From sequence record PZ445524.1: a DNA stretch of 64,000 bases; one strand, given 5' to 3'. The DNA is from a phage. Numbering within the stretch: position 1 is the stretch's first letter; every line of letters begins with the position of its first letter. The notes beneath the pieces were generated by a model. The model worked only from the letters and a program-made list of their open reading frames with translations, ran no database searches and was not told where the DNA came from. Shown piece by piece: positions 47,752 to 64,000 of the stretch. The position numbers and the translations under genes were made by a program.

Positions 47752-50700
47752 CAGTAAAAGCACCTTCAGTCACTAGTCTCAGAATTTCCAAGTTATCCGC
47801 AAATCAGGTGCAAGTACGCTGGGATGACGTTGGTGCTAATTTCTACTATTTTGTAGAAATCGCTGAGACAAAAACAGACTCGGGGGAAAATCTCCCGAGT
47901 AATCAATACAAATGGATTAACTTAGGATATACAGCAAATAATAGTTTCTTTTTTGATGATGCTGATCCATTAACAACATACATTATTAGAGTAGCCACAG
48001 CTGCGCAAGATTTTGAGCAGTCTGATTGGATTTATACCGAAGAGTTTGAAACTTTTGCTACAAATGCTTATACATTTCAAAACATGATTGAAATGCAATT
48101 AGCCAATAAATTCATTCAGGAAAAATTTACTCTTAATAATTCTGATTATGTTAATTTTAATAATGATACTATAATGGCTGCATTGATGAATGAATCGTTC
48201 CAATTCAGCCCATCATATGTTGATGTTTCATCAATAAGTAATTTTATTATTGGTGAAAATGAGTATCATGAAATACAAGGTTCCATTCAGCAAGTATGTA
48301 AGGATATTAATCGAGTTTATTTGATGGAATCAGAAGGGATTCTATATCTTTTTGAGCGCTATCAGCCTGTAGTTAAAGTATCCAATGATAAAGGACAAAC
48401 CTGGAAAGCTGTGAAGCTCTTCAATGACCGTGTAGGATATCCTTTATCTAAGACAGTATATTACCAATCTGCGAACACAACATACGTTCTAGGATACGAC
48501 AAGGTCTTCTATGGCCGTAAATCGACTGACGTTAGATGGTCAGCAGATGATGTCAGATTCAGTTCACAGGATATAACATTTGCTAAATTAGGAGACCAAC
48601 TTCATTTAGGATTCGATGTTGAAATCTTCGCTACTTATGCTACTTTACCAGCGAATGTATACCGTATAGCTGAGGCTATTACTTGCACGGATGATTATAT
48701 CTATGTTGTTGCCAGAGATAAAGTTAGATACATAAAAACGAGTAATGCACCTATAGATTCTGATCCATTATCCCCAACATATTCGGAAAGACTTTTTGAA
48801 CCTGACACAATGACTATAACCGGAAATCCTAAAGCAGTATGCTATAAAATGGATTCTGTTGGTGATAAAGTTTTTGCTCTTATTATTGGTGAAGTTGAAA
48901 CATTAAATGCCAATCCGAGAACATCAAAAATAATTGATTCCGCTGATAAAGGAATATATGTTTTAAACCATGATACGAAAACGTGGAAAAGAGTTTTTGG
49001 TAATACTGAAGAAGAAAGAAGACGTATTCAACCCGGATATGCGAATATGTCAACTGACGGTAAATTAGTTTCTCTGTCTTCGAGTAATTTTAAATTTTTA
49101 AGTGATAATGTTGTTAATGACCCTGAAACTGCAGCAAAATATCAGTTAATTGGTGCTGTCAAATATGAATTTCCTCGTGAATGGTTAGCTGATAAGCATT
49201 ATCATATGATGGCATTTATAGCGGATGAAAAATCTGATTGGGAGACTTTTACTCCTCAACCAATGAAATACTACGCAGAACCGTTCTTTAACTGGTCTAA
49301 AAAATCTAACACACGCTGTTGGATAAACAACTCTGATAGAGCTGTAGTAGTTTATGCGGATTTAAAATACACCAAAGTTATAGAAAATATTCCGGAAACA
49401 TCACCAGATAGATTAGTACATGAATACTGGGATGATGGCGATTGCACTATAGTAATGCCAAATGTTAAATTCACTGGATTTAAAAAATACGCATCAGGAA
49501 TGCTTTTCTATAAAGCCTCCGGTGAAATAATTTCTTACTATGATTTTAACTATCGTGTGAGAGATACAGTAGAAATTATTTGGAAGCCAACTGAAGTATT
49601 TTTAAAAGCATTTTTACAAAACCAAGAGCATGAGACTCCTTGGTCACCAGAAGAAGAGCGTGGATTAGCTGACCCCGATTTAAGGCCATTAATTGGCACA
49701 ATGATGCCTGATTCTTATTTGTTACAGGATTCGAATTTTGAGGCATTTTGCGAAGCATATATTCAATATCTTTCTGATGGATATGGAACTCAGTATAACA
49801 ATTTACGAAATTTAATTCGTAATCAGTATCCTAGAGAAGAGCATGCATGGGAATATTTGTGGTCAGAGATATATAAAAGAAACATTTATTTAAATGCTGA
49901 TAAACGCGATGCTGTTGCGAGATTCTTTGAATCACGTAGCTATGATTTTTATTCTACTAAAGGAATTGAAGCATCATACAAGTTTCTTTTTAAAGTTCTT
50001 TATAATGAAGAAGTTGAAATTGAAATTGAATCTGGGGCTGGTACTGAATATGACATAATCGTTCAATCTGATTCTTTGACTGAAGATTTAGTAGGACAAA
50101 CGATTTATACGGCAACAGGAAGATGTAATGTTACTTATATAGAAAGAAGCTATTCTAATGGTAAATTGCAATGGACCGTAACTATTCATAATCTTTTGGG
50201 AAGATTAATTGCTGGTCAAGAAGTTAAAGCAGAAAGACTCCCTAGTTTTGAAGGCGAAATTATTCGTGGCGTTAAAGGAAAGGATTTGCTTCAAAACAAT
50301 ATAGACTATATTAATAGAAGTAGATCATACTATGTAATGAAAATTAAATCCAATTTACCTTCTTCCCGCTGGAAATCTGACGTTATTCGTTTTGTTCATC
50401 CAGTAGGATTTGGATTTATAGCAATTACCCTTTTAACAATGTTTATTAATGTTGGTTTAACTCTTAAACATACAGAGACTATAATTAATAAATACAAAAA
50501 CTATAAATGGGATTCTGGATTGCCTACTGAATATGCCGACAGAATAGCTAAATTAACTCCAACCGGTGAAATTGAGCATGATTCAGTAACAGGCGAAGCA
50601 ATTTATGAGCCTGGCCCAATGGCTGGTGTAAAATATCCTCTTCCTGATGACTATAATGCTGAAAATAATAATTCAATATTTCAAGGTCAATTGCCGTCTG

Positions 50701-50846
50701 AACGACGTAAATTAATGAGTCCTTTATTTGATGCATCTGGAACAACATTTGCGCAATTTAGAGATTTAGTTGATAAACGTCTAAAAGATAATATAGGAAA
50801 TCCAAGAGACCCTGAAAATCCAACACAGGTTAAAATAGATGAATGA
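47748..50846 (+). CDS. 7: gp7 baseplate wedge initiator
   Basis: 1032 aa; T4 length and synteny. Confidence 0.9.
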   Translation: MTVKAPSVTSLRISKLSANQVQVRWDDVGANFYYFVEIAETKTDSGENLPSNQYKWINLGYTANNSFFFDDADPLTTYIIRVATAAQDFEQSDWIYTEEFETFATNAYTFQNMIEMQLANKFIQEKFTLNNSDYVNFNNDTIMAALMNESFQFSPSYVDVSSISNFIIGENEYHEIQGSIQQVCKDINRVYLMESEGILYLFERYQPVVKVSNDKGQTWKAVKLFNDRVGYPLSKTVYYQSANTTYVLGYDKVFYGRKSTDVRWSADDVRFSSQDITFAKLGDQLHLGFDVEIFATYATLPANVYRIAEAITCTDDYIYVVARDKVRYIKTSNAPIDSDPLSPTYSERLFEPDTMTITGNPKAVCYKMDSVGDKVFALIIGEVETLNANPRTSKIIDSADKGIYVLNHDTKTWKRVFGNTEEERRRIQPGYANMSTDGKLVSLSSSNFKFLSDNVVNDPETAAKYQLIGAVKYEFPREWLADKHYHMMAFIADEKSDWETFTPQPMKYYAEPFFNWSKKSNTRCWINNSDRAVVVYADLKYTKVIENIPETSPDRLVHEYWDDGDCTIVMPNVKFTGFKKYASGMLFYKASGEIISYYDFNYRVRDTVEIIWKPTEVFLKAFLQNQEHETPWSPEEERGLADPDLRPLIGTMMPDSYLLQDSNFEAFCEAYIQYLSDGYGTQYNNLRNLIRNQYPREEHAWEYLWSEIYKRNIYLNADKRDAVARFFESRSYDFYSTKGIEASYKFLFKVLYNEEVEIEIESGAGTEYDIIVQSDSLTEDLVGQTIYTATGRCNVTYIERSYSNGKLQWTVTIHNLLGRLIAGQEVKAERLPSFEGEIIRGVKGKDLLQNNIDYINRSRSYYVMKIKSNLPSSRWKSDVIRFVHPVGFGFIAITLLTMFINVGLTLKHTETIINKYKNYKWDSGLPTEYADRIAKLTPTGEIEHDSVTGEAIYEPGPMAGVKYPLPDDYNAENNNSIFQGQLPSERRKLMSPLFDASGTTFAQFRDLVDKRLKDNIGNPRDPENPTQVKIDE

Positions 50847-51843
50847 TTCAAGTGTTATCTATCGTGCGATAGTTACTTCAAAATTTAGAACAGAAAAAAT
50901 GTTGAATTTTTATAATTCAATTGGAAGTGGTCCAGATAAAAACACTATCTTTATCACATTTGGAAGATCAGAACCATGGTCATCAAATGAAAATGAGGTG
51001 GGCTTTGCCCCACCTTATCCAACCGATTCTGTATTAGGCGTAACTGACATGTGGACGCATATGATGGGAACAGTAAAAGTTCTTCCATCAATGCTTGATG
51101 CAGTTATTCCTCGTCGAGATTGGGGAGATACTAGATATCCGGATCCATACACATTTAGAATTAACGATATTGTAGTGTGTAACTCAGCTCCTTACAATGC
51201 TACTGAATCAGGCGCAGGCTGGTTAGTATATCGTTGTTTAGATGTTCCTGATACCGGAATGTGTTCAATCGCATCTTTAACTGATAAAGATGAATGCCTT
51301 AAGTTAGGTGGAAAATGGACTCCTTCTGCTAGGTCAATGACTCCGCCTGAAGGCCGAGGAGATGCTGAAGGAACAATTGAACCTGGAGACGGATATGTTT
51401 GGGAATATCTATTTGAGATTCCGCCTGATGTATCTATAAATAGATGTACGAATGAATATATCGTGGTTCCTTGGCCTGAGGAATTAAAAGAAGACCCGAC
51501 TAGATGGGGGTATGAAGATAATCTCACTTGGCAACAAGATGATTTTGGATTAATTTACCGTGTTAAGGCAAATACTATCCGTTTTAAAGCATATTTAGAT
51601 TCAGTTTATTTTCCTGAAGCTGCATTGCCAGGAAATAAAGGATTTAGACAAATATCAATAATCACGAATCCTCTTGAAGCTAAAGCTCATCCAAATGACC
51701 CAAACGTTAAAGCTGAAAAGGATTATTATGACCCAGAAGATTTAATGAGGCATTCGGGTGAAATGATTTACATGGAAAATAGGCCACCTATTATTATGGC
51801 AATGGATCAAACAGAAGAAATCAATATTCTGTTTACATTTTAA
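50839..51843 (+). CDS. 8: gp8 baseplate wedge protein
   Basis: 334 aa; T4 length and synteny. Confidence 0.9.
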   Translation: MNDSSVIYRAIVTSKFRTEKMLNFYNSIGSGPDKNTIFITFGRSEPWSSNENEVGFAPPYPTDSVLGVTDMWTHMMGTVKVLPSMLDAVIPRRDWGDTRYPDPYTFRINDIVVCNSAPYNATESGAGWLVYRCLDVPDTGMCSIASLTDKDECLKLGGKWTPSARSMTPPEGRGDAEGTIEPGDGYVWEYLFEIPPDVSINRCTNEYIVVPWPEELKEDPTRWGYEDNLTWQQDDFGLIYRVKANTIRFKAYLDSVYFPEAALPGNKGFRQISIITNPLEAKAHPNDPNVKAEKDYYDPEDLMRHSGEMIYMENRPPIIMAMDQTEEINILFTF

Positions 51844-51848
51844 ATTAA

Positions 51849-51875
51849 GGGAGCCCATGGGCTCCCTTTTTCTTT
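51849..51875 (+). terminator. rho-independent terminator after gene 8
   Basis: GGGAGCCCATGGGCTCCC hairpin followed by TTTTTCTTT. Confidence 0.7.
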
Positions 51876-51882
51876 ATAAATA
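51875..51882 (+). promoter_or_regulatory. late promoter TATAAATA for gene 9
   Basis: exact TATAAATA 25 nt upstream of ATG. Confidence 0.65.
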
Positions 51883-51906
51883 CTATAAACTCATAAGGAA
51901 ACCGCT

Positions 51907-52773
51907 ATGTTCATTCAAGAACCAAAGAAATTGATTGATACCGGCGAAATTGGTAACGCTTCTACTGGTGATATCTTATTCGACGGTGGTAATAAAATTA
52001 ATAGTGATTTTAACGCAATTTATAATGCGTTTGGCGATCAGCGTAAAATGGCAGTAGCAAACGGCACTGGAGCAGATGGTCAAATTATTCATGCTACTGG
52101 ATATTATCAAAAACACTCTATTGCAGAGTACGCAACTCCAGTAAAAGTTGGCACTAGGCATGATATTGATACCTCTACTGTAGGTGTTAAAGTTATCATT
52201 GAAAGAGGCGAACTCGGCGATTGTGTTGAATTCATTAACTCTAATGGATCAATATCAGTTACTAATCCTTTGACAATTCAAGCTATTGATTCAATTAAAG
52301 GTGTTTCAGGTAATTTAGTAGTAACTAGCCCATATAGTAAAGTAACTTTACGCTGTATTTCATCTGATAATTCTACGTCGGTTTGGAATTATTCTATTGA
52401 AAGTATGTTTGGACAAAAGGAATCACCAGCTGAAGGTACATGGAATATTTCTACATCTGGATCAGTTGACATTCCATTATTTCATCGTACTGAATACAAT
52501 ATGGCTAAATTGCTAGTTACGTGCCAATCGGTAGATGGAAGAAAAATTAAAACAGCAGAAATAAATATTCTTGTGGATACTGTTAATTCAGAGGTAATTT
52601 CTTCTGAATATGTTGTCATGCGAGTTGGGAATGAAACCGAAGAAGACGAAATCGCTAATATTGCATTTAGTATTAAAGAAAACTATGTAACGGCGACTAT
52701 AAGTTCTTCAACTGTCGGTATGAGAGCAGCAGTTAAAGTTATCGCTACGCAGAAAATCGGGGTGGCTCAATAA
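51907..52773 (+). CDS. 9: gp9 baseplate wedge / long-tail-fiber socket
   Basis: 288 aa; T4 length. Confidence 0.9.
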   Translation: MFIQEPKKLIDTGEIGNASTGDILFDGGNKINSDFNAIYNAFGDQRKMAVANGTGADGQIIHATGYYQKHSIAEYATPVKVGTRHDIDTSTVGVKVIIERGELGDCVEFINSNGSISVTNPLTIQAIDSIKGVSGNLVVTSPYSKVTLRCISSDNSTSVWNYSIESMFGQKESPAEGTWNISTSGSVDIPLFHRTEYNMAKLLVTCQSVDGRKIKTAEINILVDTVNSEVISSEYVVMRVGNETEEDEIANIAFSIKENYVTATISSSTVGMRAAVKVIATQKIGVAQ

Positions 52774-54581
52774 TGAAACAAAATATTAATATCGGTAATG
52801 TTGTAGATGATGGTACCGGTGACTACCTGCGTAAAGGTGGTATAAAAATAAATGAAAACTTTGATGAGCTTTATTATGAACTTGGTGATGGTGATGTTCC
52901 ATATTCAGCCGGTGCCTGGAAAACTTATGATGCTTCATCTGGGCAAACACTAAAAGCTGAATGGGGAAAATCATACGCTATTAATACCTCTTCTGGAAGA
53001 GTGACTATAAATCTTCCAAAAGGAACAGTTAATGATTACAACAAGGTAATTAGAGCTAGAGACGTATTTGCTACATGGAACATCAACCCAGTTACTTTAG
53101 TAGCTGCTTCCGGTGATACGATTAAAGGGTCTGCAGTACCAGTTGAAATTAATGTTCAATTCAGTGATTTAGAACTAGTGTATTGTGCCCCAGGACGTTG
53201 GGAATATGTCAAAAATAAACAAATTGACAAAATTACCAGTTCAGACATTAGTAATGTAGCTCGTAAAGAATTTTTAGTCGAAGTCCAAGGACAAACGGAC
53301 TTTTTAGATGTTTTCCGTGGAACTAGTTATAATGTAAATAACATCAGAGTAAAACATCGCGGTAACGAATTGTATTACGGTGATGTGTTTAGCGAAAACA
53401 GCGATTTTGGCTCTCCGTGCGAAAATGAAGGAGAACTAGTTCCTCTTGATGGATTTAATATTCGATTAAGACAGCCTTGTAATATTGGTGACACTGTTCA
53501 AATTGAAACATTTATGGATGGTGTATCGCAGTGGAGAAGTTCATATACAAGACGTCAAATTAGATTGTTAGATTCAAAATTAACGTCAAAAACTTCTTTA
53601 GAAGGAAGCATTTACGTTACTGATTTATCAACAATGAAATCAATTCCATTTTCTGCTTTTGGATTAATTCCAGGAGAACCTATTAATCCTAACTCTCTTG
53701 AGGTTCGTTTTAATGGAATTTTACAAGAATTGGCTGGAACAGTTGGAATGCCATTATTTCATTGTGTTGGTGCCGATTCAGACGATGAAGTAGAATGCTC
53801 TGTTTTAGGTGGAACTTGGGAACAATCTCATACCGATTATTCAATTGAAACTGATGAAAACGGCATACCGGAAATTTTACATTTCGATAGAGCATTTGAG
53901 CATGGTGACATTATCAATATCACCTGGTTTAATAATGATTTGGGTACATTATTAACAAAAGACGAGATTATTGATGAAACTGATAATCTCTATGTATCGC
54001 AAGGACCGGGAGTAGATATTTCTGGTGATGTAAATTTAACAGACTTCGATAAAATTGGTTGGCCAAATGTAGAAGCAGTTCAATCTTATCAACGCGAATT
54101 TAATGCTGTTTCAAATATCTTTGATACGATTTATCCTATTGGAACTATATATGAAAACGCTGTTAATCCAAATAACCCTGTTACATATATGGGATTCGGC
54201 TCATGGAAATTATTTGGGCAAGGAAAAGTTTTAGTTGGATGGAATGAAGATATTTCGGATCCGAATTTTGCTCTAAATAACAACGATTTAGATTCTGGTG
54301 GAAATCCTTCGCATACTGCAGGTGGAACAGGTGGTTCTACTTCGGTTACATTGGAAAATGCTAATCTTCCTGCAACTGAAACAGATGAAGAAGTTCTAAT
54401 AGTTGATGAAAATGGATCAGTCATTGTTGGTGGGTGTCAATACGATCCAGATGAATCCGGTCCAATTTACACTAAATACCGTGAAGCTAAAGCATCTACT
54501 AACTCTACTCACACTCCGCCAACATCAATAACTAACATTCAACCATATATTACAGTTTATCGTTGGATAAGGATTGCATAA
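52773..54581 (+). CDS. 10: gp10 baseplate wedge / short-tail-fiber attachment
   Basis: 602 aa; T4 length. Confidence 0.9.
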   Translation: MKQNINIGNVVDDGTGDYLRKGGIKINENFDELYYELGDGDVPYSAGAWKTYDASSGQTLKAEWGKSYAINTSSGRVTINLPKGTVNDYNKVIRARDVFATWNINPVTLVAASGDTIKGSAVPVEINVQFSDLELVYCAPGRWEYVKNKQIDKITSSDISNVARKEFLVEVQGQTDFLDVFRGTSYNVNNIRVKHRGNELYYGDVFSENSDFGSPCENEGELVPLDGFNIRLRQPCNIGDTVQIETFMDGVSQWRSSYTRRQIRLLDSKLTSKTSLEGSIYVTDLSTMKSIPFSAFGLIPGEPINPNSLEVRFNGILQELAGTVGMPLFHCVGADSDDEVECSVLGGTWEQSHTDYSIETDENGIPEILHFDRAFEHGDIINITWFNNDLGTLLTKDEIIDETDNLYVSQGPGVDISGDVNLTDFDKIGWPNVEAVQSYQREFNAVSNIFDTIYPIGTIYENAVNPNNPVTYMGFGSWKLFGQGKVLVGWNEDISDPNFALNNNDLDSGGNPSHTAGGTGGSTSVTLENANLPATETDEEVLIVDENGSVIVGGCQYDPDESGPIYTKYREAKASTNSTHTPPTSITNIQPYITVYRWIRIA

Positions 54582-55240
54582 TGAGTTTACTTAATAATAA
54601 AGCGGGAGTTATTTCCCGCTTAGCCGATTTTCTTGGTTTTAGACCTAAAGCTGGTAATATAGATGTAATGAATCGTCAATCAGTTGGGTCAGTGACAATT
54701 TCTCAATTAGCGAAAGGATTTTATGAACCAAACGTAGAATCAGCTATTAATGACGTTCATAATTTTTCTATAAAAGACGTTGGTACAATTATTACTAATA
54801 AAACTGGTGTTTCTCCTGAGGGTGTTTCTCAAACTGATTATTGGGCATTTTCTGGAACTGTAACAGACGATTCTCTTCCTCCGGGTTCTCCTGTTACGGT
54901 ATTAGTATTTGGTCTTCCAGTTTCAGCAACAACTGGAATGACGGCAATTGAGTTTGTTGCAAAAGTTCGTGTTGCCCTTCAAGAAGCTATTGCGTCATTT
55001 ACTGCTATCAACTCATATAAAGACCATCCAACAGATGGTAGTAAATTAGAAGTTACTTATTTAGATAATCAAAAACATGTATTAAGCACATATTCTACAT
55101 ATGGAATAACTATTTCGCAGGAAATTATTTCTGAGTCTAAACCTGGCTATGGTACATGGAATTTATTAGGCGCACAAACTGTAACTTTAGATAATCAGCA
55201 GACTCCTACAGTATTTTATCATTTTGAGAGAACAGCATGA
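54581..55240 (+). CDS. 11: gp11 baseplate wedge protein
   Basis: 219 aa from [14 protein letters not shown]; TAATG junction with gene 10. Confidence 0.85.
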   Translation: MSLLNNKAGVISRLADFLGFRPKAGNIDVMNRQSVGSVTISQLAKGFYEPNVESAINDVHNFSIKDVGTIITNKTGVSPEGVSQTDYWAFSGTVTDDSLPPGSPVTVLVFGLPVSATTGMTAIEFVAKVRVALQEAIASFTAINSYKDHPTDGSKLEVTYLDNQKHVLSTYSTYGITISQEIISESKPGYGTWNLLGAQTVTLDNQQTPTVFYHFERTA

Positions 55241-56820
55241 GTAATAATACATATCAACACGTTTCTAATGAATCTCGTTATGTAAAATTTGATCCTACCG
55301 ATACGAATTTTCCACCAGAGATTACTGATGTTCAGGCTGCTATAGCAGCCATTTCTCCTGCTGGCGTAAATGGAGTTCCTGATGCATCGTCAACAACAAA
55401 GGGAATTTTATTTCTTGCCACTGAACAGGAAGTTATAGATGGAACTAATAATACCAAAGCAGTTACACCAGCAACGTTGGCAACAAGATTATCATATCCA
55501 AACGCAACTGAAACTGTTTACGGATTAACAAGATATTCAACCAATGATGAAGCCATTGCCGGAGTTAATAATGAATCTTCTATAACTCCAGCTAAATTTA
55601 CTGTTGCTCTTAATAATGCGTTTGAAACACGAGTTTCAACTGAATCCTCTAATGGTGTTATTAAAATTTCATCTCTACCGCAAGCATTAGCTGGTGCAGA
55701 TGATACTACTGCAATGACTCCATTAAAAACACAGCAGTTAGCTATTAAATTAATTGCGCAAATTGCTCCTTCTGAAACTACAGCTACAGAGTCTGACCAG
55801 GGTGTTGTTCAATTAGCAACAGTAGCACAGGTTCGTCAGGGAACTTTAAGAGAAGGCTATGCAATTTCTCCTTATACGTTTATGAATTCATCTGCTACTG
55901 AAGAATATAAAGGCGTAATTAAATTAGGAACACAGTCAGAAGTTAACTCGAATAATGCTTCCGTTGCAGTTACTGGCGCAACTCTTAATGGTCGTGGTTC
56001 TACAACGTCAATGAGAGGCGTAGTTAGATTAACAACAACGGCTGGTTCACAGAGTGGAGGCGATGCTTCATCAGCCTTAGCTTGGAATGCTGATGTTATC
56101 CACCAAAGAGGCGGTCAAACGATTAATGGAACACTTCGCATTAATAATACGCTCACGATAGCTTCAGGTGGAGCAAATATTACCGGAACAGTTAACATGA
56201 CCGGTGGTTATATTCAAGGTAAGCGTGTCGTAACACAAAATGAAATTGATAGAACTATTCCTGTCGGAGCTATTATGATGTGGGCCGCTGATAGTCTTCC
56301 TAGTGATGCTTGGCGTTTTTGCCACGGTGGAACCGTTTCAGCGTCAGATTGTCCATTATATGCTTCTAGAATTGGAACAAGATATGGCGGAAGCTCATCA
56401 AATCCTGGATTACCTGATATGCGTGGTCTTTTTGTTCGTGGCTCTGGTCGTGGCTCTCACTTAACAAATCCAAATGTTAATGGTAATGACCAGTTTGGTA
56501 AACCTAGATTAGGTGTAGGTTGTACTGGTGGATATGTTGGTGAAGTACAGAAACAACAGATGTCTTATCATAAACATGCTGGTGGATTTGGTGAGTATGA
56601 TGATTCTGGGGCATTCGGTAATACTCGTAGATCAAATTTTGTTGGTACACGTAAAGGACTTGACTGGGATAACCGTTCATACTTCACTAATGACGGGTAT
56701 GAAATTGACCCAGCATCACAACGAAATTCCAGGTATACATTAAATCGTCCTGAATTAATTGGAAATGAAACACGTCCATGGAACATTTCTTTAAACTACA
56801 TAATTAAGGTAAAAGAATGA
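55237..56820 (+). CDS. 12: gp12 short tail fiber
   Basis: 527 aa; T4 length. Confidence 0.9.
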   Translation: MSNNTYQHVSNESRYVKFDPTDTNFPPEITDVQAAIAAISPAGVNGVPDASSTTKGILFLATEQEVIDGTNNTKAVTPATLATRLSYPNATETVYGLTRYSTNDEAIAGVNNESSITPAKFTVALNNAFETRVSTESSNGVIKISSLPQALAGADDTTAMTPLKTQQLAIKLIAQIAPSETTATESDQGVVQLATVAQVRQGTLREGYAISPYTFMNSSATEEYKGVIKLGTQSEVNSNNASVAVTGATLNGRGSTTSMRGVVRLTTTAGSQSGGDASSALAWNADVIHQRGGQTINGTLRINNTLTIASGGANITGTVNMTGGYIQGKRVVTQNEIDRTIPVGAIMMWAADSLPSDAWRFCHGGTVSASDCPLYASRIGTRYGGSSSNPGLPDMRGLFVRGSGRGSHLTNPNVNGNDQFGKPRLGVGCTGGYVGEVQKQQMSYHKHAGGFGEYDDSGAFGNTRRSNFVGTRKGLDWDNRSYFTNDGYEIDPASQRNSRYTLNRPELIGNETRPWNISLNYIIKVKE

Positions 56821-58280
56821 CAGATATTGTACTGAATGACTTACCATTCGTTGACGGCCCTCCTGCAGAGGGCCAGAGCCGCATTTCCTGGATTAAAAAC
56901 GGCGAAGAAATATTAGGAGCTGACACGCAGTATGGAAGCGAAGGTTCAATGAATAGACCTACAGTTTCTGTACTAAGAAATGTCGAAGTTCTCGATAAAA
57001 ACATTGGAATACTTAAAACATCTTTAGAAACCGCAAATAGTGATATTAAAACAATTCAGGGCATCTTAGATGTATCTGGTGATATTGAAGCTTTGGCCCA
57101 AATAGGTATCAATAAAAAGGATATTTCTGACCTCAAAACGCTAACCAGTGAACACACAGAAATATTAAATGGAACTAATAATACGGTTGACAGTATTCTT
57201 GCTGATATTGGTCCATTTAACTCCGAGGCCAACTCTGTATACAGAACGATCAGAAATGATTTACTGTGGATAAAGCGTGAACTTGGACAATACACTGGTC
57301 AAGATATTAATGGTCTTCCTGTTGTAGGAAATCCTAGTAGTGGAATGAAGCATCGCATTATTAATAATACCGATGTCATTACTTCACAGGGAATACGTTT
57401 AAGCGAATTAGAAACAAAATTTATTGAATCTGATGTAGGTTCTTTGACTATTGAAGTTGGTAATCTTCGCGAAGAGCTTGGACCGAAACCGCCATCATTT
57501 TCACAAAACGTTTATAGTCGTTTAAATGAAATTGACACTAAACAGACAACATTTGAATCTGACATTAGTGCTATTAAGACCTCAATAGGATATCCAGGAA
57601 ATAATTCGATTATCACGAGTGTTAATACAAACACTGATAATATTGCATCTATTAATTTAGAGCTAAATCAAAGTGGAGGTATTAAACAGCGTTTAACCGT
57701 TATTGAAACTTCTATTGGCTCAGACGATATTCCTTCGAGTATTAAAGGCCAAATTAAAGATAATACAACTTCAATCGAATCTCTAAATGGAATCGTCGGT
57801 GAAAACACTTCATCTGGTTTAAGAGCGAATGTTTCATGGTTAAACCAAATTGTTGGAACTGATTCTAGCGGTGGACAACCTTCTCCTCCTGGGTCTCTTT
57901 TAAACCGAGTTTCTACAATTGAAACTTCTGTTTCAGGCTTGAATAATGATGTTCAAAACCTACAAGTAGAGATTGGTAATAACAGCACAGGAATTAAAGG
58001 GCAAGTTGTAGCGTTAAATACTTTAGTAAATGGAACTAATCCAAACGGTTCAACTGTTGAAGAGCGCGGATTAACCAATTCAATAAAAGCTAACGAAACC
58101 AACATTGCATCGGTTACACAAGAAGTGAATACAGCTAAAGGCAATATATCTTCTTTACAAGGCGATGTTCAAGCTCTCCAAGAAGCCGGTTATATTCCTG
58201 AAGCGCCAAGAGATGGGCAAGCTTACGTTCGTAAAGACGGCGAATGGGTATTGCTTTCTACCTTTTTATCACCAGCATAA
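56817..58280 (+). CDS. wac: fibritin (whisker antigen control)
   Basis: 487 aa; long coiled-coil; C-terminal [27 protein letters not shown] foldon. Confidence 0.95.
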   Translation: MTDIVLNDLPFVDGPPAEGQSRISWIKNGEEILGADTQYGSEGSMNRPTVSVLRNVEVLDKNIGILKTSLETANSDIKTIQGILDVSGDIEALAQIGINKKDISDLKTLTSEHTEILNGTNNTVDSILADIGPFNSEANSVYRTIRNDLLWIKRELGQYTGQDINGLPVVGNPSSGMKHRIINNTDVITSQGIRLSELETKFIESDVGSLTIEVGNLREELGPKPPSFSQNVYSRLNEIDTKQTTFESDISAIKTSIGYPGNNSIITSVNTNTDNIASINLELNQSGGIKQRLTVIETSIGSDDIPSSIKGQIKDNTTSIESLNGIVGENTSSGLRANVSWLNQIVGTDSSGGQPSPPGSLLNRVSTIETSVSGLNNDVQNLQVEIGNNSTGIKGQVVALNTLVNGTNPNGSTVEERGLTNSIKANETNIASVTQEVNTAKGNISSLQGDVQALQEAGYIPEAPRDGQAYVRKDGEWVLLSTFLSPA

Positions 58281-58283
58281 CAT

Positions 58284-58299
58284 GGGGCCGCAAGGCCCC
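58284..58299 (+). other. GC hairpin with GCAA tetraloop after wac (RNA stabiliser or weak terminator)
   Basis: GGGGCC-GCAA-GGCCCC; no immediate U-run. Confidence 0.35.
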
Positions 58300-58311
58300 A
58301 AAGGATTTTAA

Positions 58312-60822
<2,511 letters not shown>

Positions 60823-60863
60823 TAAATATTATAAACTAATTAAAGCCCAGATTAGGAGAAATC

Positions 60864-64000
<3,137 letters not shown>

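Overview
This window is a T-even (T4-like, Tequatrovirus) phage genome segment running from the 5' end of gene 45 to the 5' part of gene 17. It is not identical to T4 as I recall it: nrdD is uninterrupted (no intron or I-TevIII), no denV ORF is present, lysozyme e differs at about 3 residues, and an extra HNH endonuclease sits between genes 13 and 14. Coordinates 1-42588 are almost entirely minus-strand early/middle genes: 45, rpbA, 46, 47, a-gt, 55, nrdH, nrdG, nrdD, 49, pin, nrdC, a hypervariable block of hypotheticals, a mobD-like HNH endonuclease, rI, tk, regB, the vs.x block with a GrcA-like glycyl-radical protein, ipIII, ipII, e, nudE, the tRNA cluster (8 tRNAs split by segB, plus a stable-RNA region and terminator), an internal-protein cassette locus, 57B/Acb1, 57A, 1, 3, 2 and 4. 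Coordinates 42636-64000 are plus-strand late morphogenesis genes: 53, 5, 5.1, 5.4, 6, 7, 8, 9, 10, 11, 12, wac, 13, the HNH insert, 14, 15, 16 and 17 (partial). Regulatory elements include repeated early-promoter cassettes, TATAAATA late promoters, intrinsic terminators and UUCG hairpins. All assignments rest on reading the six-frame translations, recognisable motifs, protein lengths and synteny with T4 from memory; no database search was run. The most interesting candidates are the hypervariable internal-protein cassettes flanked by direct repeats, an AAA+ ATPase / nucleotidyltransferase pair, four tandem coiled-coil proteins, a macro-like protein, and a P-loop protein where denV would be.
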